In this document: piece after piece, positions 7,948 to 17,849 of the stretch
Layout of the letters: the number at the start of each line of letters is the position of its first letter
Position numbering within the stretch: position 1 is the first letter of the stretch
Virus record (IMG/VR): IMGVR_UViG_2718217885_000004
Span: 1-36,487 of that record
Length of the DNA stretch: 36,487 nt
Reading direction: 5' to 3' (one strand)
Source of the DNA: a virus
Taxonomy: Duplodnaviria > Heunggongvirae > Uroviricota > Caudoviricetes
Position numbers and translations under genes: made by a program
The notes under the pieces: generated by a model
Seen by the model: only the letters and a program-made list of their open reading frames with translations
Database searches by the model: none
Told to the model about the DNA's origin: nothing

Positions 7948-10540
7948 AAGCGGCGATTTCAATGTTGCTTTTATATTTTAAGAGGGCGTTTTTGGGAACT
8001 GCTGGCCAGGCTGAGTATCTATAATAGTTCATATAATCTTTCTCTATCAGTGTTTTTAGCTGTTTGTTAGCTTGAACTTCATCACCAAGTAAAAAGAATG
8101 CACACATGGCCGTAGCCCCTTTTGAATTGTTATGTGCTAAAACTGAATTTATCTCATTCTTTTTAATGTCTTGCCCTTCTTTTTTCTTGGCAACTTCTCT
8201 ATTGATTATTAAAACATCTTTTTCCCTGTAATCTTTAATTTTTTCAAGGTTTTCATTAGCGATTTTAATTGTTTCTTTATAGTTTCCTGCAAGAAGATTG
8301 GTATAAGATTTTCCTAAGATATAATCACTAAACCCGTAACCTTTTTCATAAGCTTCATCAAGAAGAACTATCGCTTTATCATAATCGCCGTTTAAAGATG
8401 CAATATCAGATTTTAATTTTAAAATGGTGATTTCTGATTTGTTTCTTGGCAGGCTATCAATAAACTCCTCTGCCAATTTGATGTTGTTTTTATCAATTAG
8501 TAATATGTCTACAATACTGTTTGTATGATTATTTTTCCACGGGCAGTTCATGGCTTCTTTGACTAATTCAATACCAGCTTTGATGTCCCTGTTGCAGCCT
8601 ATCTCATATCGAGCTTTAAATATAATGAAAGGAGCAATTCTTGCAATGTCGCTCTCTTCTTCATATTTATCAATAAAGCCTTTCATCAGGTTGGGAGTGT
8701 TTTCATCGAAGTCTGTTTCAAATAAAGATAGATGCAGTTGTGTTAAATATTTTAATATGTTTCTTTTTTTATTTTTTGATGATGTTTTGTAAGCGTTGGA
8801 TAATGTATCTATGCATAATAATGTATCTTCTTTCTTTTGCAATGCGCAGGTGAAATCAGTATATAACGACAAATATGTATCGTGAGTAGGGTTGACCTCT
8901 TTTATTTTGTCAAGAAGTTCTTGTATTAATTTATTACAATCTTTCTTATCATGGCTTGATTGATGTTTTGTCTTTATTGCGTCATATTTTATTCTCCATG
9001 CAATATTATCCAGATCACTGCTTTGGAGTAAGCTTTTATCAATTAAATCATGTATTTCATCAAAGGTTATTAATTCTTCATCATTATTTTCTAGATGTAG
9101 AATAGCAATTCTGCTTAAATGATTCTTAAGATTTATGCTATATGGGAATTTTTCAAGCAATCCCTTAAGGTAATGTATTTTTGCCTTTAGATCTGTGAAT
9201 ATGTTTGCCCTTGAAAGGGCGTAATTTATATTAAATTCATCAAGAGCTATAAGATTATCACTAATTTCTAATGCTGACTTTGTGTCTTTTTGTTCTTCTT
9301 TTATTTCAATTAGCCTACGCAGATATTTAGACTTTATATTGTCACTATCAGCGTTATTGATTAATTCATTCAGTTTTGACTCTGCGTTTAAATAATTTTT
9401 ATTTCTAATGAGGTTGTCAATGTATAACAAATTCTTAAAATCTTCTTCGGGGATCTTTTGATCGTCTAAATCACTTTGGGATAGCTCGTTTATTAATGAC
9501 GATATGTCATGTGTTAGAGTGTGTTTTTTTAATTTTGAGAGATCAGATTTGATAATGCCATTTTTAGATAAGTTGTACTCATCTGTTATAAAGTTTTGGA
9601 TCATCATCTCTCTTTTTGTGGATTTTTGATTCCCTCCAAAAGAGAGTGCGCAGCCTAATTCTAGGGCTAGTTCTGCCATCAATTCATCAAAACCTTCTAT
9701 TTCTACCCAATAAACTTTATCTTGACCTAGAAGCCTAATAAGTTCTGGTGGGATGGAGTCATTTTTTCTAACGCACCAGTATACTCCATTTCTTAGGTAA
9801 TCGTCCTGTTTTAATAAATGTTTTAAAACATCCATGATAGAGCTGTCATTGCCAGCATAACCAACAAAAATAATCCCGTATTCTTTAGTGAATTCAGTTA
9901 GTTTTTCACGAGTGTTACCTTCTAATGACTCGGTTTCTTTTAAAGAGCTTTTTATGCTATCAAATAAATAATCACCATGTAATTTTATTATTTTTGGCCT
10001 TGAAGAAGTAATTGAGACGCCTTTAATTGATGAATCATGTGCACATAATAATGGTCTGTCAGAAGAAAATTGATAAAATGCTTCATTTATTAAATCGTCA
10101 AAATTTGTTGTGAAGACAGTATCAAAAAACTTTGATTCAAATAGTTCAACGAGATAAGCATATCCAATTGAAGGTAATTTTTTGTCTACTTGAAGCTCAA
10201 CAAATCTTCTGCGTTGAGATGGAAGATCAAATTTCTTTTCAAAAAGAGATGAGTATTCATTGTTTGGGTCGTACCAGACTGGATGGTTTTTGGATAGCCA
10301 TTTTTTAGCTTCTTCGGCATCGACATATTCTTGATTGGATAGTCTTGTGTATATCTCTTCTCTCCATTTCGCTACTAACTCTTGACCAGTTTTTATTCCA
10401 GATGTAACGGATGCGCCAGCACCAAGAAAAAGTGAATAGTTAGGTGATGTACCTGATTTGATTTTTATATAATCAGCTAAATCTTTAATGGTTCTTTTTT
10501 TGGCAACCAGTTGTTCCTTGGTAGTATCACGATCAGACAT
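7946..10540 (-). CDS. SIR2-like (sirtuin-fold NADase) domain protein with long helical C-terminal region, 864 aa; candidate defense-associated sirtuin
   Basis: N-terminal roughly 300 aa carry four SIR2-like hallmarks in order: LFLGAGAS, TTNFDDL, KIIKLHGD, FVGYAGNDSS. C-terminal roughly 550 aa are K/N/D/L-rich with no Walker motif. GGAGGG RBS upstream of ATG at 10538-10540. Very AT-rich. Occupies the A-to-cos variable locus. Confidence 0.8.
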   Translation of the reverse strand: MSDRDTTKEQLVAKKRTIKDLADYIKIKSGTSPNYSLFLGAGASVTSGIKTGQELVAKWREEIYTRLSNQEYVDAEEAKKWLSKNHPVWYDPNNEYSSLFEKKFDLPSQRRRFVELQVDKKLPSIGYAYLVELFESKFFDTVFTTNFDDLINEAFYQFSSDRPLLCAHDSSIKGVSITSSRPKIIKLHGDYLFDSIKSSLKETESLEGNTREKLTEFTKEYGIIFVGYAGNDSSIMDVLKHLLKQDDYLRNGVYWCVRKNDSIPPELIRLLGQDKVYWVEIEGFDELMAELALELGCALSFGGNQKSTKREMMIQNFITDEYNLSKNGIIKSDLSKLKKHTLTHDISSLINELSQSDLDDQKIPEEDFKNLLYIDNLIRNKNYLNAESKLNELINNADSDNIKSKYLRRLIEIKEEQKDTKSALEISDNLIALDEFNINYALSRANIFTDLKAKIHYLKGLLEKFPYSINLKNHLSRIAILHLENNDEELITFDEIHDLIDKSLLQSSDLDNIAWRIKYDAIKTKHQSSHDKKDCNKLIQELLDKIKEVNPTHDTYLSLYTDFTCALQKKEDTLLCIDTLSNAYKTSSKNKKRNILKYLTQLHLSLFETDFDENTPNLMKGFIDKYEEESDIARIAPFIIFKARYEIGCNRDIKAGIELVKEAMNCPWKNNHTNSIVDILLIDKNNIKLAEEFIDSLPRNKSEITILKLKSDIASLNGDYDKAIVLLDEAYEKGYGFSDYILGKSYTNLLAGNYKETIKIANENLEKIKDYREKDVLIINREVAKKKEGQDIKKNEINSVLAHNNSKGATAMCAFFLLGDEVQANKQLKTLIEKDYMNYYRYSAWPAVPKNALLKYKSNIEIAA

Positions 10541-10852
10541 TTTCCCTCCATAAATTATGTGTGAGAAGTGAGAATAATCCTAGGTGTGGTTATTTTTACA
10601 TGAAATTCAATGGGTTTTCGTTTTTCTTACATGCGTTTTGTGACTGAGATCAAGCTATGAGGGAGGAATGTTCTTTTATTGTTCGCTAGAGGCTAATTGG
10701 CTAATAAGCTTTTACTAATCGTTTATGATGTACCATAGCGTTGAATGATTTTGCATGCATTTGTCAGATGTTTACTGATGTTGTTATGTCAGAGCTGGTG
10801 CGCTTTAGGTTATTTCATGCAACTGCATTAAAACCACCACATGAAGCGGGCG

Positions 10853-10871
10853 GGCGAGGCGGGGAAAGCAC
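10853..10871. other. cos site, 19-nt cohesive-end sequence ggcgaggcggggaaagcac
   Basis: Matches the P2 cohesive-end sequence as I recall it. Lies in the GC-rich spacer just upstream of portal gene Q, as expected for P2. Confidence 0.55.
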
Positions 10872-11038
10872 TGCGCGCTGGCGGTGGTGCTGATTTTATT
10901 TTTTCAGCGTCTGAGCGCGTCGTGATGGCGTTTAGATTGTTAGCCGGGGCGTTTGTGTCTGCGGGCTGTTTTGTGCGGTGGTGAGCGTGTGAGGGCGTGA
11001 TGGCGGGTTGTAAAAAAGCCGCCCGCAGGCGGCGATGT

Positions 11039-12073
11039 TCAGCCGTTGTCAGTGTCCAGTGAGTAGTTTTTAAAGCGGATGACCTCCTGACCGAGCCAGC
11101 CGTTTATCTCGCGGATCCTGTCCTGTAACGGGATAAGCTCATTGCGGACAAAGACCTTTGCCACTTTCTCAATATCACCCAGCGACCCGACGTTCTCCGG
11201 CTTGCCGCCCATCAACTGAAAGGGGATGCGGTGCGCGTCCAGCAGGTCAGCGGCGCTGGCTTTTTTGATATTAAAAAAATCGTCCTTCGTTGCCACTTCA
11301 CTGAGCGGGATAATTTTAATGCCGTCGGCTTTCCCCTGCGGGGCATAGAGAAACAGATTTTTAAAGTTGTTGCGGCCTTTCGACTTCACCATGTTTTCGC
11401 GAAGCATTTCGATATCGTTGCGATCCTGCACGGCATCAGTGACGTACATGATGTATCCGGCATGTGCGCCGTTTTCGTAATACTTGCGGCGAAACAGCGT
11501 GGCCGACTCATTCAGCCAGGCAGAATTAAGGGCGCTGAGATATTCCGGCAGGCCGTACAGCTCCTGATTAATATCCGGCTCCAGCAGGTGAAACACGGAG
11601 CCGGGCGTGAAGGCTGTCGGCTCGTTGAAGGACGGCACCCACCAGTAAACATCCTCTTCCACACCACGGCGGGTATATTTTGCCGGTGAGGTTTCCAGTC
11701 TGATGACCTTACCGGTGGTGCTGTATCGCTTTTCCAGAAACGCATTACCGAACACCAGAAAATCCAGCACAAAGCGGCTGAAATCCTGTTGCGAAAGCCA
11801 CGGGTGCGGGATAAACGTTGAAGCCAGAATATTGCGTTTGACGTAAATCGGTGAGCTGTGATGCACGGCAGCACGCAGGCTTTTTGCCAGACCGGTAAAG
11901 CTGACCGGTGGCTCATACCATCTGCCGTTACTGATACACTCGACGTAATCCAGAATGTCACGGCGGTCGAGTACCGGCACCGGCTCACCAAAGGTGAATG
12001 CCTCCATTTTCGGGGCGCTGGCGGTCATTGTTTTTGCCGCAGGTTGCGGTGTTTTCCCTTTTTTCTTGCTCAT
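11039..12073 (-). CDS. Q: Portal protein, P2 gpQ-like, 344 aa
   Basis: Position next to cos, length equal to P2 Q, start overlaps the P stop (ATGA). Confidence 0.85.
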   Translation of the reverse strand: MSKKKGKTPQPAAKTMTASAPKMEAFTFGEPVPVLDRRDILDYVECISNGRWYEPPVSFTGLAKSLRAAVHHSSPIYVKRNILASTFIPHPWLSQQDFSRFVLDFLVFGNAFLEKRYSTTGKVIRLETSPAKYTRRGVEEDVYWWVPSFNEPTAFTPGSVFHLLEPDINQELYGLPEYLSALNSAWLNESATLFRRKYYENGAHAGYIMYVTDAVQDRNDIEMLRENMVKSKGRNNFKNLFLYAPQGKADGIKIIPLSEVATKDDFFNIKKASAADLLDAHRIPFQLMGGKPENVGSLGDIEKVAKVFVRNELIPLQDRIREINGWLGQEVIRFKNYSLDTDNG

Positions 12074-13845
12074 CAGTAAAACTCCAGAATGGTGGATGTC
12101 AGCGGGGTGCTGATACCGGCGGTGAGTGGCTCATTTAACAGGGCGTGCATGGTCGCCCAGGCGAGGTCGGCGTGGCTGGCTTCCTCGCTGCGGCTGGCCT
12201 CATAGGTGGCGCTGCGTCCGCTGCTGGTCATGGTCTTGCGGATAGCCATAAACGAGCTGGTGATGTCGGTGGCGCTGACGTCGTATTCCAGACAGCCACG
12301 GCGGATAACGTCTTTTGCCTTGAGCACCATTGCGGTTTTCATTTCCGGCGTGTAGCGGATATCACGCGCGGCGGGATAGAACGAGCGCACGAGCTGGAAC
12401 ACGCCGACACCGAGGCCGGTGGCATCAATTCCGATGTATTCGACGTTGTATTTTCCGGTGAGTTTGCGGATGGATTCAGCCTGGGTGGCAAAGTCCATGC
12501 CTTTCCACTGGTGACGCTCAAGTATTCTGAATTTGCCACCGGCCACCACCGGCGGTGCCAGTACCACGCATCCGGCGCTGTCGCCACGGTGTGACGGGTC
12601 GTAACCAATCCATACCGGGCGGGAGCCGAACGGATTCGCGGCAAACGGCGCATAGTCTTCCCATTCTTCCAGCGTGTCGACCATGCAGCGTTGCAGCTCC
12701 TCGAACGGGAACACCGACGCCTTGTCGTCAACAAATTCACACATGAACAGGTTTTTAAAATCGTCGGCGCTGTTTTCACGTTTGAGCTGCTCAATGTCGA
12801 ACAGTGTGCAGCCACCTTTCAGGGCATCTTCAATGGTGACAATCTGCCGCCACTGACCGTCCGCACAGAGAAGACCTCCGGCAAGGGCGTTATGACTGAC
12901 GTCGATTTCCACGCGTTCGGCGGCGCTGGCGCGTCCCCGGTTGAACAGTTCACCTGACCAGAACGGGTAGGCGTCGTGCGCCAGCGTGGACGGGGTGGAG
13001 AAATAGGTCGAGCGCAGGTGACTCTGTGAGGCCATACCTGATGCCACCTTACGCAGTACCTGAAAATTCGGGATCCAGAAAATCTCGTCGACGTACAGGT
13101 CGCCGTTATGGCTCTGCGCGGTGTTGGAGTTGGTGCCGAGAAAAATCAGTTTTGCGCCGTTATTGCCCAGGACAATCGGGTCACCGGTCAGGTCAACATC
13201 AACCAGACGGGCAAAGGCGATGATGTATTCACGGAACACATACGCCTGCGTTTTACTGGCCGACAGAAAAATCTGGTTATGACCGGTTTTCAGGGCGCGC
13301 AGCAGCGCCTCGCGGGAAAAATAAAACGTCGCGCCAATCTGGCGGGATTTCAGGATATCGCGGATGCGGTGCTCAAGCCCGGCGCGATACCAGTGCAACT
13401 GATAGTCGAAAGACTGCTCAAAGAAAATCTGCTCCAGCTTTTCGATGGCCTCGTCACTGAAAAAATTCTTTTTCGGTTTGCGACGCCCGCCTTTGTTGCG
13501 GTTAGCGACGTTCGGATTAAGGTCTGCCTCGTTGCCGGTCTGACTGTAGCGGTTTACCCGTGCCAGTCGTTCAATCTGGCGTCCCAGCAGGTCAATTTCC
13601 TTGAAGTCACCGCCGGTTTTCTGCGGTTTGATGATGAGCTGGGTCAGTCGCGCTTCCAGACTCATTTCGACACGGCTGATGGGGGCAACGCTGTCCCAGC
13701 CGTCGCGCTGTTTCCAGCTCTGCACCGTCGGACGTTTCATCTGCAACATGGCGGCAATCTGCGGCACGGAAAACCCCTGCCAGTACAGCAGCGCCGCCTG
13801 ACGACGCGGGTCGTGTAAAAGAGTGGTGTCTGTGGTGATGGTCAT
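12073..13845 (-). CDS. P: Terminase large (ATPase) subunit, P2 gpP-like, 590 aa
   Basis: Likely start at the ATG giving MTITTDTTLL (590 aa, as in P2 P). The track ORF extends 10 codons further upstream. Confidence 0.85.
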   Translation of the reverse strand: MTITTDTTLLHDPRRQAALLYWQGFSVPQIAAMLQMKRPTVQSWKQRDGWDSVAPISRVEMSLEARLTQLIIKPQKTGGDFKEIDLLGRQIERLARVNRYSQTGNEADLNPNVANRNKGGRRKPKKNFFSDEAIEKLEQIFFEQSFDYQLHWYRAGLEHRIRDILKSRQIGATFYFSREALLRALKTGHNQIFLSASKTQAYVFREYIIAFARLVDVDLTGDPIVLGNNGAKLIFLGTNSNTAQSHNGDLYVDEIFWIPNFQVLRKVASGMASQSHLRSTYFSTPSTLAHDAYPFWSGELFNRGRASAAERVEIDVSHNALAGGLLCADGQWRQIVTIEDALKGGCTLFDIEQLKRENSADDFKNLFMCEFVDDKASVFPFEELQRCMVDTLEEWEDYAPFAANPFGSRPVWIGYDPSHRGDSAGCVVLAPPVVAGGKFRILERHQWKGMDFATQAESIRKLTGKYNVEYIGIDATGLGVGVFQLVRSFYPAARDIRYTPEMKTAMVLKAKDVIRRGCLEYDVSATDITSSFMAIRKTMTSSGRSATYEASRSEEASHADLAWATMHALLNEPLTAGISTPLTSTILEFY

Positions 13846-13914
13846 GAATACCTCGCCGTGATGAATACACGGCAAGGCTACTGAGTCGCGCCCCGCGATT
13901 CGCTAAGGTGCTGT

Positions 13915-13932
13915 TGTGTCAGTGATAAGCCA
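13915..13932. promoter_or_regulatory. Possible Ogr-type activator site (imperfect TGT-N12-CCA) in the divergent P/O late promoter region
   Basis: One mismatch to the TGT-N12-ACA dyad recalled for P2 late promoters. Spacing to both divergent start codons is plausible for a -55 centred site. Confidence 0.3.
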
Positions 13933-14018
13933 TCCGGGACTGATGGCGGAGGATGCGCATCGTCGGGAAACTGATGCCGACATGTGACTCCTCTAATCAC
14001 TATTCAGGACTCCTGACA

Positions 14019-14873
14019 ATGGCAAAAAAAGTCTCAAAATTCTTTCGTATCGGCGTTGAGGGTGACACCTGTGACGGGCGTGTCATCAGTGCGCAGGATA
14101 TTCAGGAAATGGCCGAAACCTTTGACCCGCGAGTCTATGGTTGCCGCATTAACCTGGAACATCTGCGCGGCATCCTGCCTGACGGTATTTTTAAGCGTTA
14201 TGGCGATGTGGCCGAACTGAAGGCCGAAAAGATTGACGATGATTCGGCGCTGAAAGGCAAATGGGCGCTGTTTGCGAAAATCACCCCGACCGATGACCTT
14301 ATCGCGATGAACAAGGCCGCGCAGAAGGTCTACACCTCAATGGAAATTCAGCCGAACTTTGCCAACACCGGCAAATGTTATCTGGTGGGTCTGGCCGTCA
14401 CCGATGACCCGGCAAGCCTCGGCACGGAATACCTGGAATTCTGCCGCACGGCAAAACACAACCCCCTGAACCGCTTCAAATTAAGCCCTGAAAACCTGAT
14501 TTCAGTGGCAACGCCTGTTGAGCTGGAATTTGAAGACCTGCCTGAAACCGTGTTCACCGCCCTGACCGAAAAGGTGAAATCCATTTTTGGCCGCAAACAG
14601 GCCAGCGATGACGCCCGTCTGAATGACGTGCATGAAGCGGTGACCGCTGTTGCTGAACATGTGCAGGAAAAACTGAGCGCCACTGAGCAGCGCCTCTCTG
14701 AGATGGAAACCGCCTTTTCTGCACTTAAGCAGGAGGTGACTGACAGGGCGGATGAAACCAGCCAGGCATTCACCCGCCTGAAAAACAGTCTCGACCACAC
14801 CGAAAGTCTGACCCAGCAGCGCCGCAGCAAGGCCACCGGTGGTGGCGGTGACGCCCTGATGACGAACTGCTGA
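14019..14873 (+). CDS. O: Capsid scaffolding protein, P2 gpO-like, 284 aa
   Basis: ATG at 14019 (MAKKVSKFFRIGVEGD). Length equals P2 O; precedes the major capsid gene. Confidence 0.85.
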   Translation: MAKKVSKFFRIGVEGDTCDGRVISAQDIQEMAETFDPRVYGCRINLEHLRGILPDGIFKRYGDVAELKAEKIDDDSALKGKWALFAKITPTDDLIAMNKAAQKVYTSMEIQPNFANTGKCYLVGLAVTDDPASLGTEYLEFCRTAKHNPLNRFKLSPENLISVATPVELEFEDLPETVFTALTEKVKSIFGRKQASDDARLNDVHEAVTAVAEHVQEKLSATEQRLSEMETAFSALKQEVTDRADETSQAFTRLKNSLDHTESLTQQRRSKATGGGGDALMTNC

Positions 14874-14931
14874 CCGGCGTCAGTCAGTCCGGGAAAACCT
14901 TCACGATTAACTCTTAATTTCAGGAAAAACT

Positions 14932-16005
14932 ATGCGCCAGGAAACCCGCTTTAAATTTAATGCTTACCTGTCCCGTGTTGCCGAACTGAACGGCATCGAC
15001 GCCGGTGATGTGTCGAAAAAATTCACCGTTGAACCGTCGGTCACCCAGACCCTGATGAACACCATGCAGGAGTCCTCTGACTTTCTGACCCGCATCAACA
15101 TTGTGCCGGTCAGCGAAATGAAAGGGGAAAAAATTGGCATCGGTGTCACCGGCTCCATCGCCAGCACCACCGACACCGCCGGTGGCACCGAGCGTCAGCC
15201 GAAGGACTTCTCGAAGCTGGCGTCAAACAAGTACGAATGCGACCAGATTAACTTCGATTTTTATATCCGCTACAAAACGCTGGACCTGTGGGCGCGTTAT
15301 CAGGATTTCCAGCTCCGTGTCCGTAACGCCATTATCAAACGCCAGTCCCTTGATTTAATCATGGCCGGTTTTAACGGCGTGAGGCGTGCCGAAACCTCTG
15401 ACCGCAGCAGTAACCCGATGCTGCAGGATGTGGCGGTCGGCTGGCTGCAGAAATACCGCAATGAAGCCCCGGCGCGCGTGATGAGCAAGGTTACTGACGA
15501 GGAAGGTCACACGACCTCTGAGGTCATCCGCGTGGGTAAGGGCGGTGATTATGCCAGCCTCGATGCACTGGTGATGGATGCGACCAACAACCTGATTGAG
15601 CCGTGGTATCAGGAAGACCCTGACCTTGTGGTGATTGTGGGGCGTCAGCTACTGGCGGACAAGTATTTCCCCATCGTTAACAAGGAGCAGGACAACAGCG
15701 AAATGCTGGCCGCTGACGTCATCATCAGTCAGAAACGCATCGGTAACCTGCCGGCGGTACGCGTCCCGTACTTCCCGGCGGATGCGATGCTCATCACGAA
15801 GCTGGAAAACCTGTCCATCTACTACATGGATGACAGCCATCGCCGCGTGATTGAGGAAAACCCGAAACTCGACCGCGTGGAGAACTACGAGTCAATGAAC
15901 ATTGATTACGTGGTGGAAGACTACGCCGCCGGTTGTCTGGTGGAAAAAATTAAGGTCGGTGATTTTTCCACACCGGCCAAAGTGACCGCAGAGCCGGGAG
16001 CGTAA
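14932..16005 (+). CDS. N: Major capsid protein, P2 gpN-like, 357 aa
   Basis: Length and position match P2 N. Confidence 0.88.
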   Translation: MRQETRFKFNAYLSRVAELNGIDAGDVSKKFTVEPSVTQTLMNTMQESSDFLTRINIVPVSEMKGEKIGIGVTGSIASTTDTAGGTERQPKDFSKLASNKYECDQINFDFYIRYKTLDLWARYQDFQLRVRNAIIKRQSLDLIMAGFNGVRRAETSDRSSNPMLQDVAVGWLQKYRNEAPARVMSKVTDEEGHTTSEVIRVGKGGDYASLDALVMDATNNLIEPWYQEDPDLVVIVGRQLLADKYFPIVNKEQDNSEMLAADVIISQKRIGNLPAVRVPYFPADAMLITKLENLSIYYMDDSHRRVIEENPKLDRVENYESMNIDYVVEDYAAGCLVEKIKVGDFSTPAKVTAEPGA

Positions 16006-16008
16006 CCG

Positions 16009-16752
16009 ATGACGAGTCCCGCACAGCGCCACATGATGCGGGTCTCGGCAGCGATGACCGCGCAGCGGGAAGCCGCCCCGCTGCGACATGCAACTGTCTA
16101 TGAGCAGATGCTGGTCAAGCTGGCCGCAGACCAGCGCACACTGAAAGCGATTTATTCAAAAGAGCTTAAGGCCGCGAAAAAACGCGAACTGCTGCCGTTC
16201 TGGTTGCCGTGGGTGAACGGCGTGCTGGAGCAGGGCAAAGGTGCACAGGATGACATTCTGATGACGGTCATGCTGTGGCGTCTGGATACCGGCGATATTG
16301 CCGGTGCGCTGGAGATTGCCCGTTATGCCCTGAAGTACGGTCTGACCATGCCGGGTAAACACCGCCGCACCCCGCCGTACATGTTCACCGAGGAGGTGGC
16401 GCTCGCGGCCATGCGTGCTCACGCTGCCGGTGAGTCTGTGGATACCCGCCTGCTGACGGAGACCCTTGAACTGACCGCCACGGCTGACATGCCTGATGAA
16501 GTGCGCGCAAAGCTGCACAAAATCACAGGTCTGTTTCTGCGTGATGGTGGTGATGCCGCCGGTGCGCTGGCTCACCTGCAACGTGCGACACAGCTCGACT
16601 GTCAGGCAGGTGTCAAAAAAGAGATTGAACGACTGGAGCGGGAGCTGAAACCGAAGCCGGAGCCGCAGCCCAAAGCGGCCACCCGTACCCCGCGTAAGAG
16701 CCGGAGCGTGACACCGGCAAAACGTGGACGCCCGAAAAAGAAAGCCAGTTAA
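16009..16752 (+). CDS. M: Terminase small / endonuclease subunit, P2 gpM-like, 247 aa
   Basis: Length and position match P2 M; basic C-terminal tail. Confidence 0.85.
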   Translation: MTSPAQRHMMRVSAAMTAQREAAPLRHATVYEQMLVKLAADQRTLKAIYSKELKAAKKRELLPFWLPWVNGVLEQGKGAQDDILMTVMLWRLDTGDIAGALEIARYALKYGLTMPGKHRRTPPYMFTEEVALAAMRAHAAGESVDTRLLTETLELTATADMPDEVRAKLHKITGLFLRDGGDAAGALAHLQRATQLDCQAGVKKEIERLERELKPKPEPQPKAATRTPRKSRSVTPAKRGRPKKKAS

Positions 16753-16851
16753 CAACCGAATGCGCCCCGCGCCAGGGCGGCACGCCGGTCAGTGAGGGTG
16801 AATCACCTGACGCTGTACCGGCGTCCACCGCCCGACTTTTCAGAGGTAGTC

Positions 16852-17361
16852 ATGATGACGCTGATTATTCCGCGAAAGGAGGCTCCCGTGTCCGGTGAGG
16901 GTACGGTGGTCATCCCGCAACCGGCAGGCGACGAGCCGGTGATTAAAAACACGTTCTTTTTTCCCGATATCGACCCGAAGCGCGTCCGGGAACGTATGCG
17001 CCTTGAGCAGACCGTCGCCCCCGCCCGTCTGCGTGAGGCCATCAAGTCAGGCATGGCGGAGACGAATGCGGAGCTGTACGAGTACCGCGAACAGAAAATT
17101 GCCGCCGGTTTTACGCGTCTGGCGGACGTCCCGGCGGACGACATTGACGGTGAAAGCATCAGAGTTTTTTACTACGAGCGCGCCGTGTGCGCGATGGCGA
17201 CCGCGTCGCTTTATGAGCGTTATCGCGGCGTGGATGCCAGTGCGAAAGGCGACAAGAAGGCTGACAGCATTGACAGCACCATCGATGAACTGTGGCGGGA
17301 TATGCGCTGGGCGGTGGCGCGTATCCAGGACAAGCCGCGCTGCATCGTGAGTCAAATCTGA
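16852..17361 (+). CDS. L: Head completion protein, P2 gpL-like, 169 aa
   Basis: ATG at 16852 with gaggtag RBS gives 169 aa. The track ORF starts at an upstream non-ATG codon. Confidence 0.8.
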   Translation: MMTLIIPRKEAPVSGEGTVVIPQPAGDEPVIKNTFFFPDIDPKRVRERMRLEQTVAPARLREAIKSGMAETNAELYEYREQKIAAGFTRLADVPADDIDGESIRVFYYERAVCAMATASLYERYRGVDASAKGDKKADSIDSTIDELWRDMRWAVARIQDKPRCIVSQI

Positions 17362-17564
17362 TGAAGACCTTTGCGCTACAGGGCGACACGCTCGACGCCA
17401 TTTGTGTCCGGTATTACGGGCGCACTGAGGGCGTGGTTGAGACCGTGCTCGCCGCAAATCCGGGACTGGCTGAACTGGGTGCGGTGCTGCCACACGGCAC
17501 CGCCGTCGAACTGCCCGACGTTCAGACCGCGCCCGTGGCTGAAACTGTCAATCTGTGGGAGTAA
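17361..17564 (+). CDS. X: Tail protein X-like, 67 aa
   Basis: ATG at 17361 overlaps the L stop (ATGA). 67 aa as in P2 X. Confidence 0.75.
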   Translation: MKTFALQGDTLDAICVRYYGRTEGVVETVLAANPGLAELGAVLPHGTAVELPDVQTAPVAETVNLWE

Positions 17565-17567
17565 CGC

Positions 17568-17849
17568 ATGACAGCAGAAGAAAAAAGCGTCCTGTCGCTT
17601 TTCATGATTGGGGTGCTGATTGTTGTCGGCAAGGTGCTTGCCGGTGGTGAACCCATCACCCCGCGTCTGTTTATCGGGCGCATGTTGCTCGGTGGTTTTG
17701 TTTCGATGGTTGCCGGTGTTGTTCTGGTGCAGTTTCCTGACCTGTCACTGCCTGCGGTGTGCGGCATCGGCTCCATGCTGGGTATCGCCGGTTATCAGGT
17801 GATTGAGATTGCCATTCAGCGCCGCTTTAAGGGCAGGGGGAAACCGTAA
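17568..17849 (+). CDS. Y: Holin, P2 gpY-like, 93 aa
   Basis: Two hydrophobic helices followed by a charged C-terminus (RRFKGRGKP). Sits just upstream of the endolysin gene. Confidence 0.8.
   Translation: MTAEEKSVLSLFMIGVLIVVGKVLAGGEPITPRLFIGRMLLGGFVSMVAGVVLVQFPDLSLPAVCGIGSMLGIAGYQVIEIAIQRRFKGRGKP

Noticed and set aside
7946-10540. Thoeris ThsA or SIR2-STAND (Avs) assignment for the SIR2 protein
   Set aside because: No adjacent TIR-domain partner gene, and no P-loop NTPase motif in the C-terminal region. A stand-alone SIR2 plus helical sensor fits better.
13108-13818. Long antisense ORF (236 aa) inside terminase gene P
   Set aside because: It lies wholly within a well-supported gene on the other strand in a GC-rich region, with no RBS or recognisable motifs. 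Typical GC-driven spurious ORF.
16156-16755. Antisense ORF (199 aa) opposite M
   Set aside because: Same reasoning: fully nested antisense to a conserved structural gene, Arg/Gly-rich low-complexity translation.
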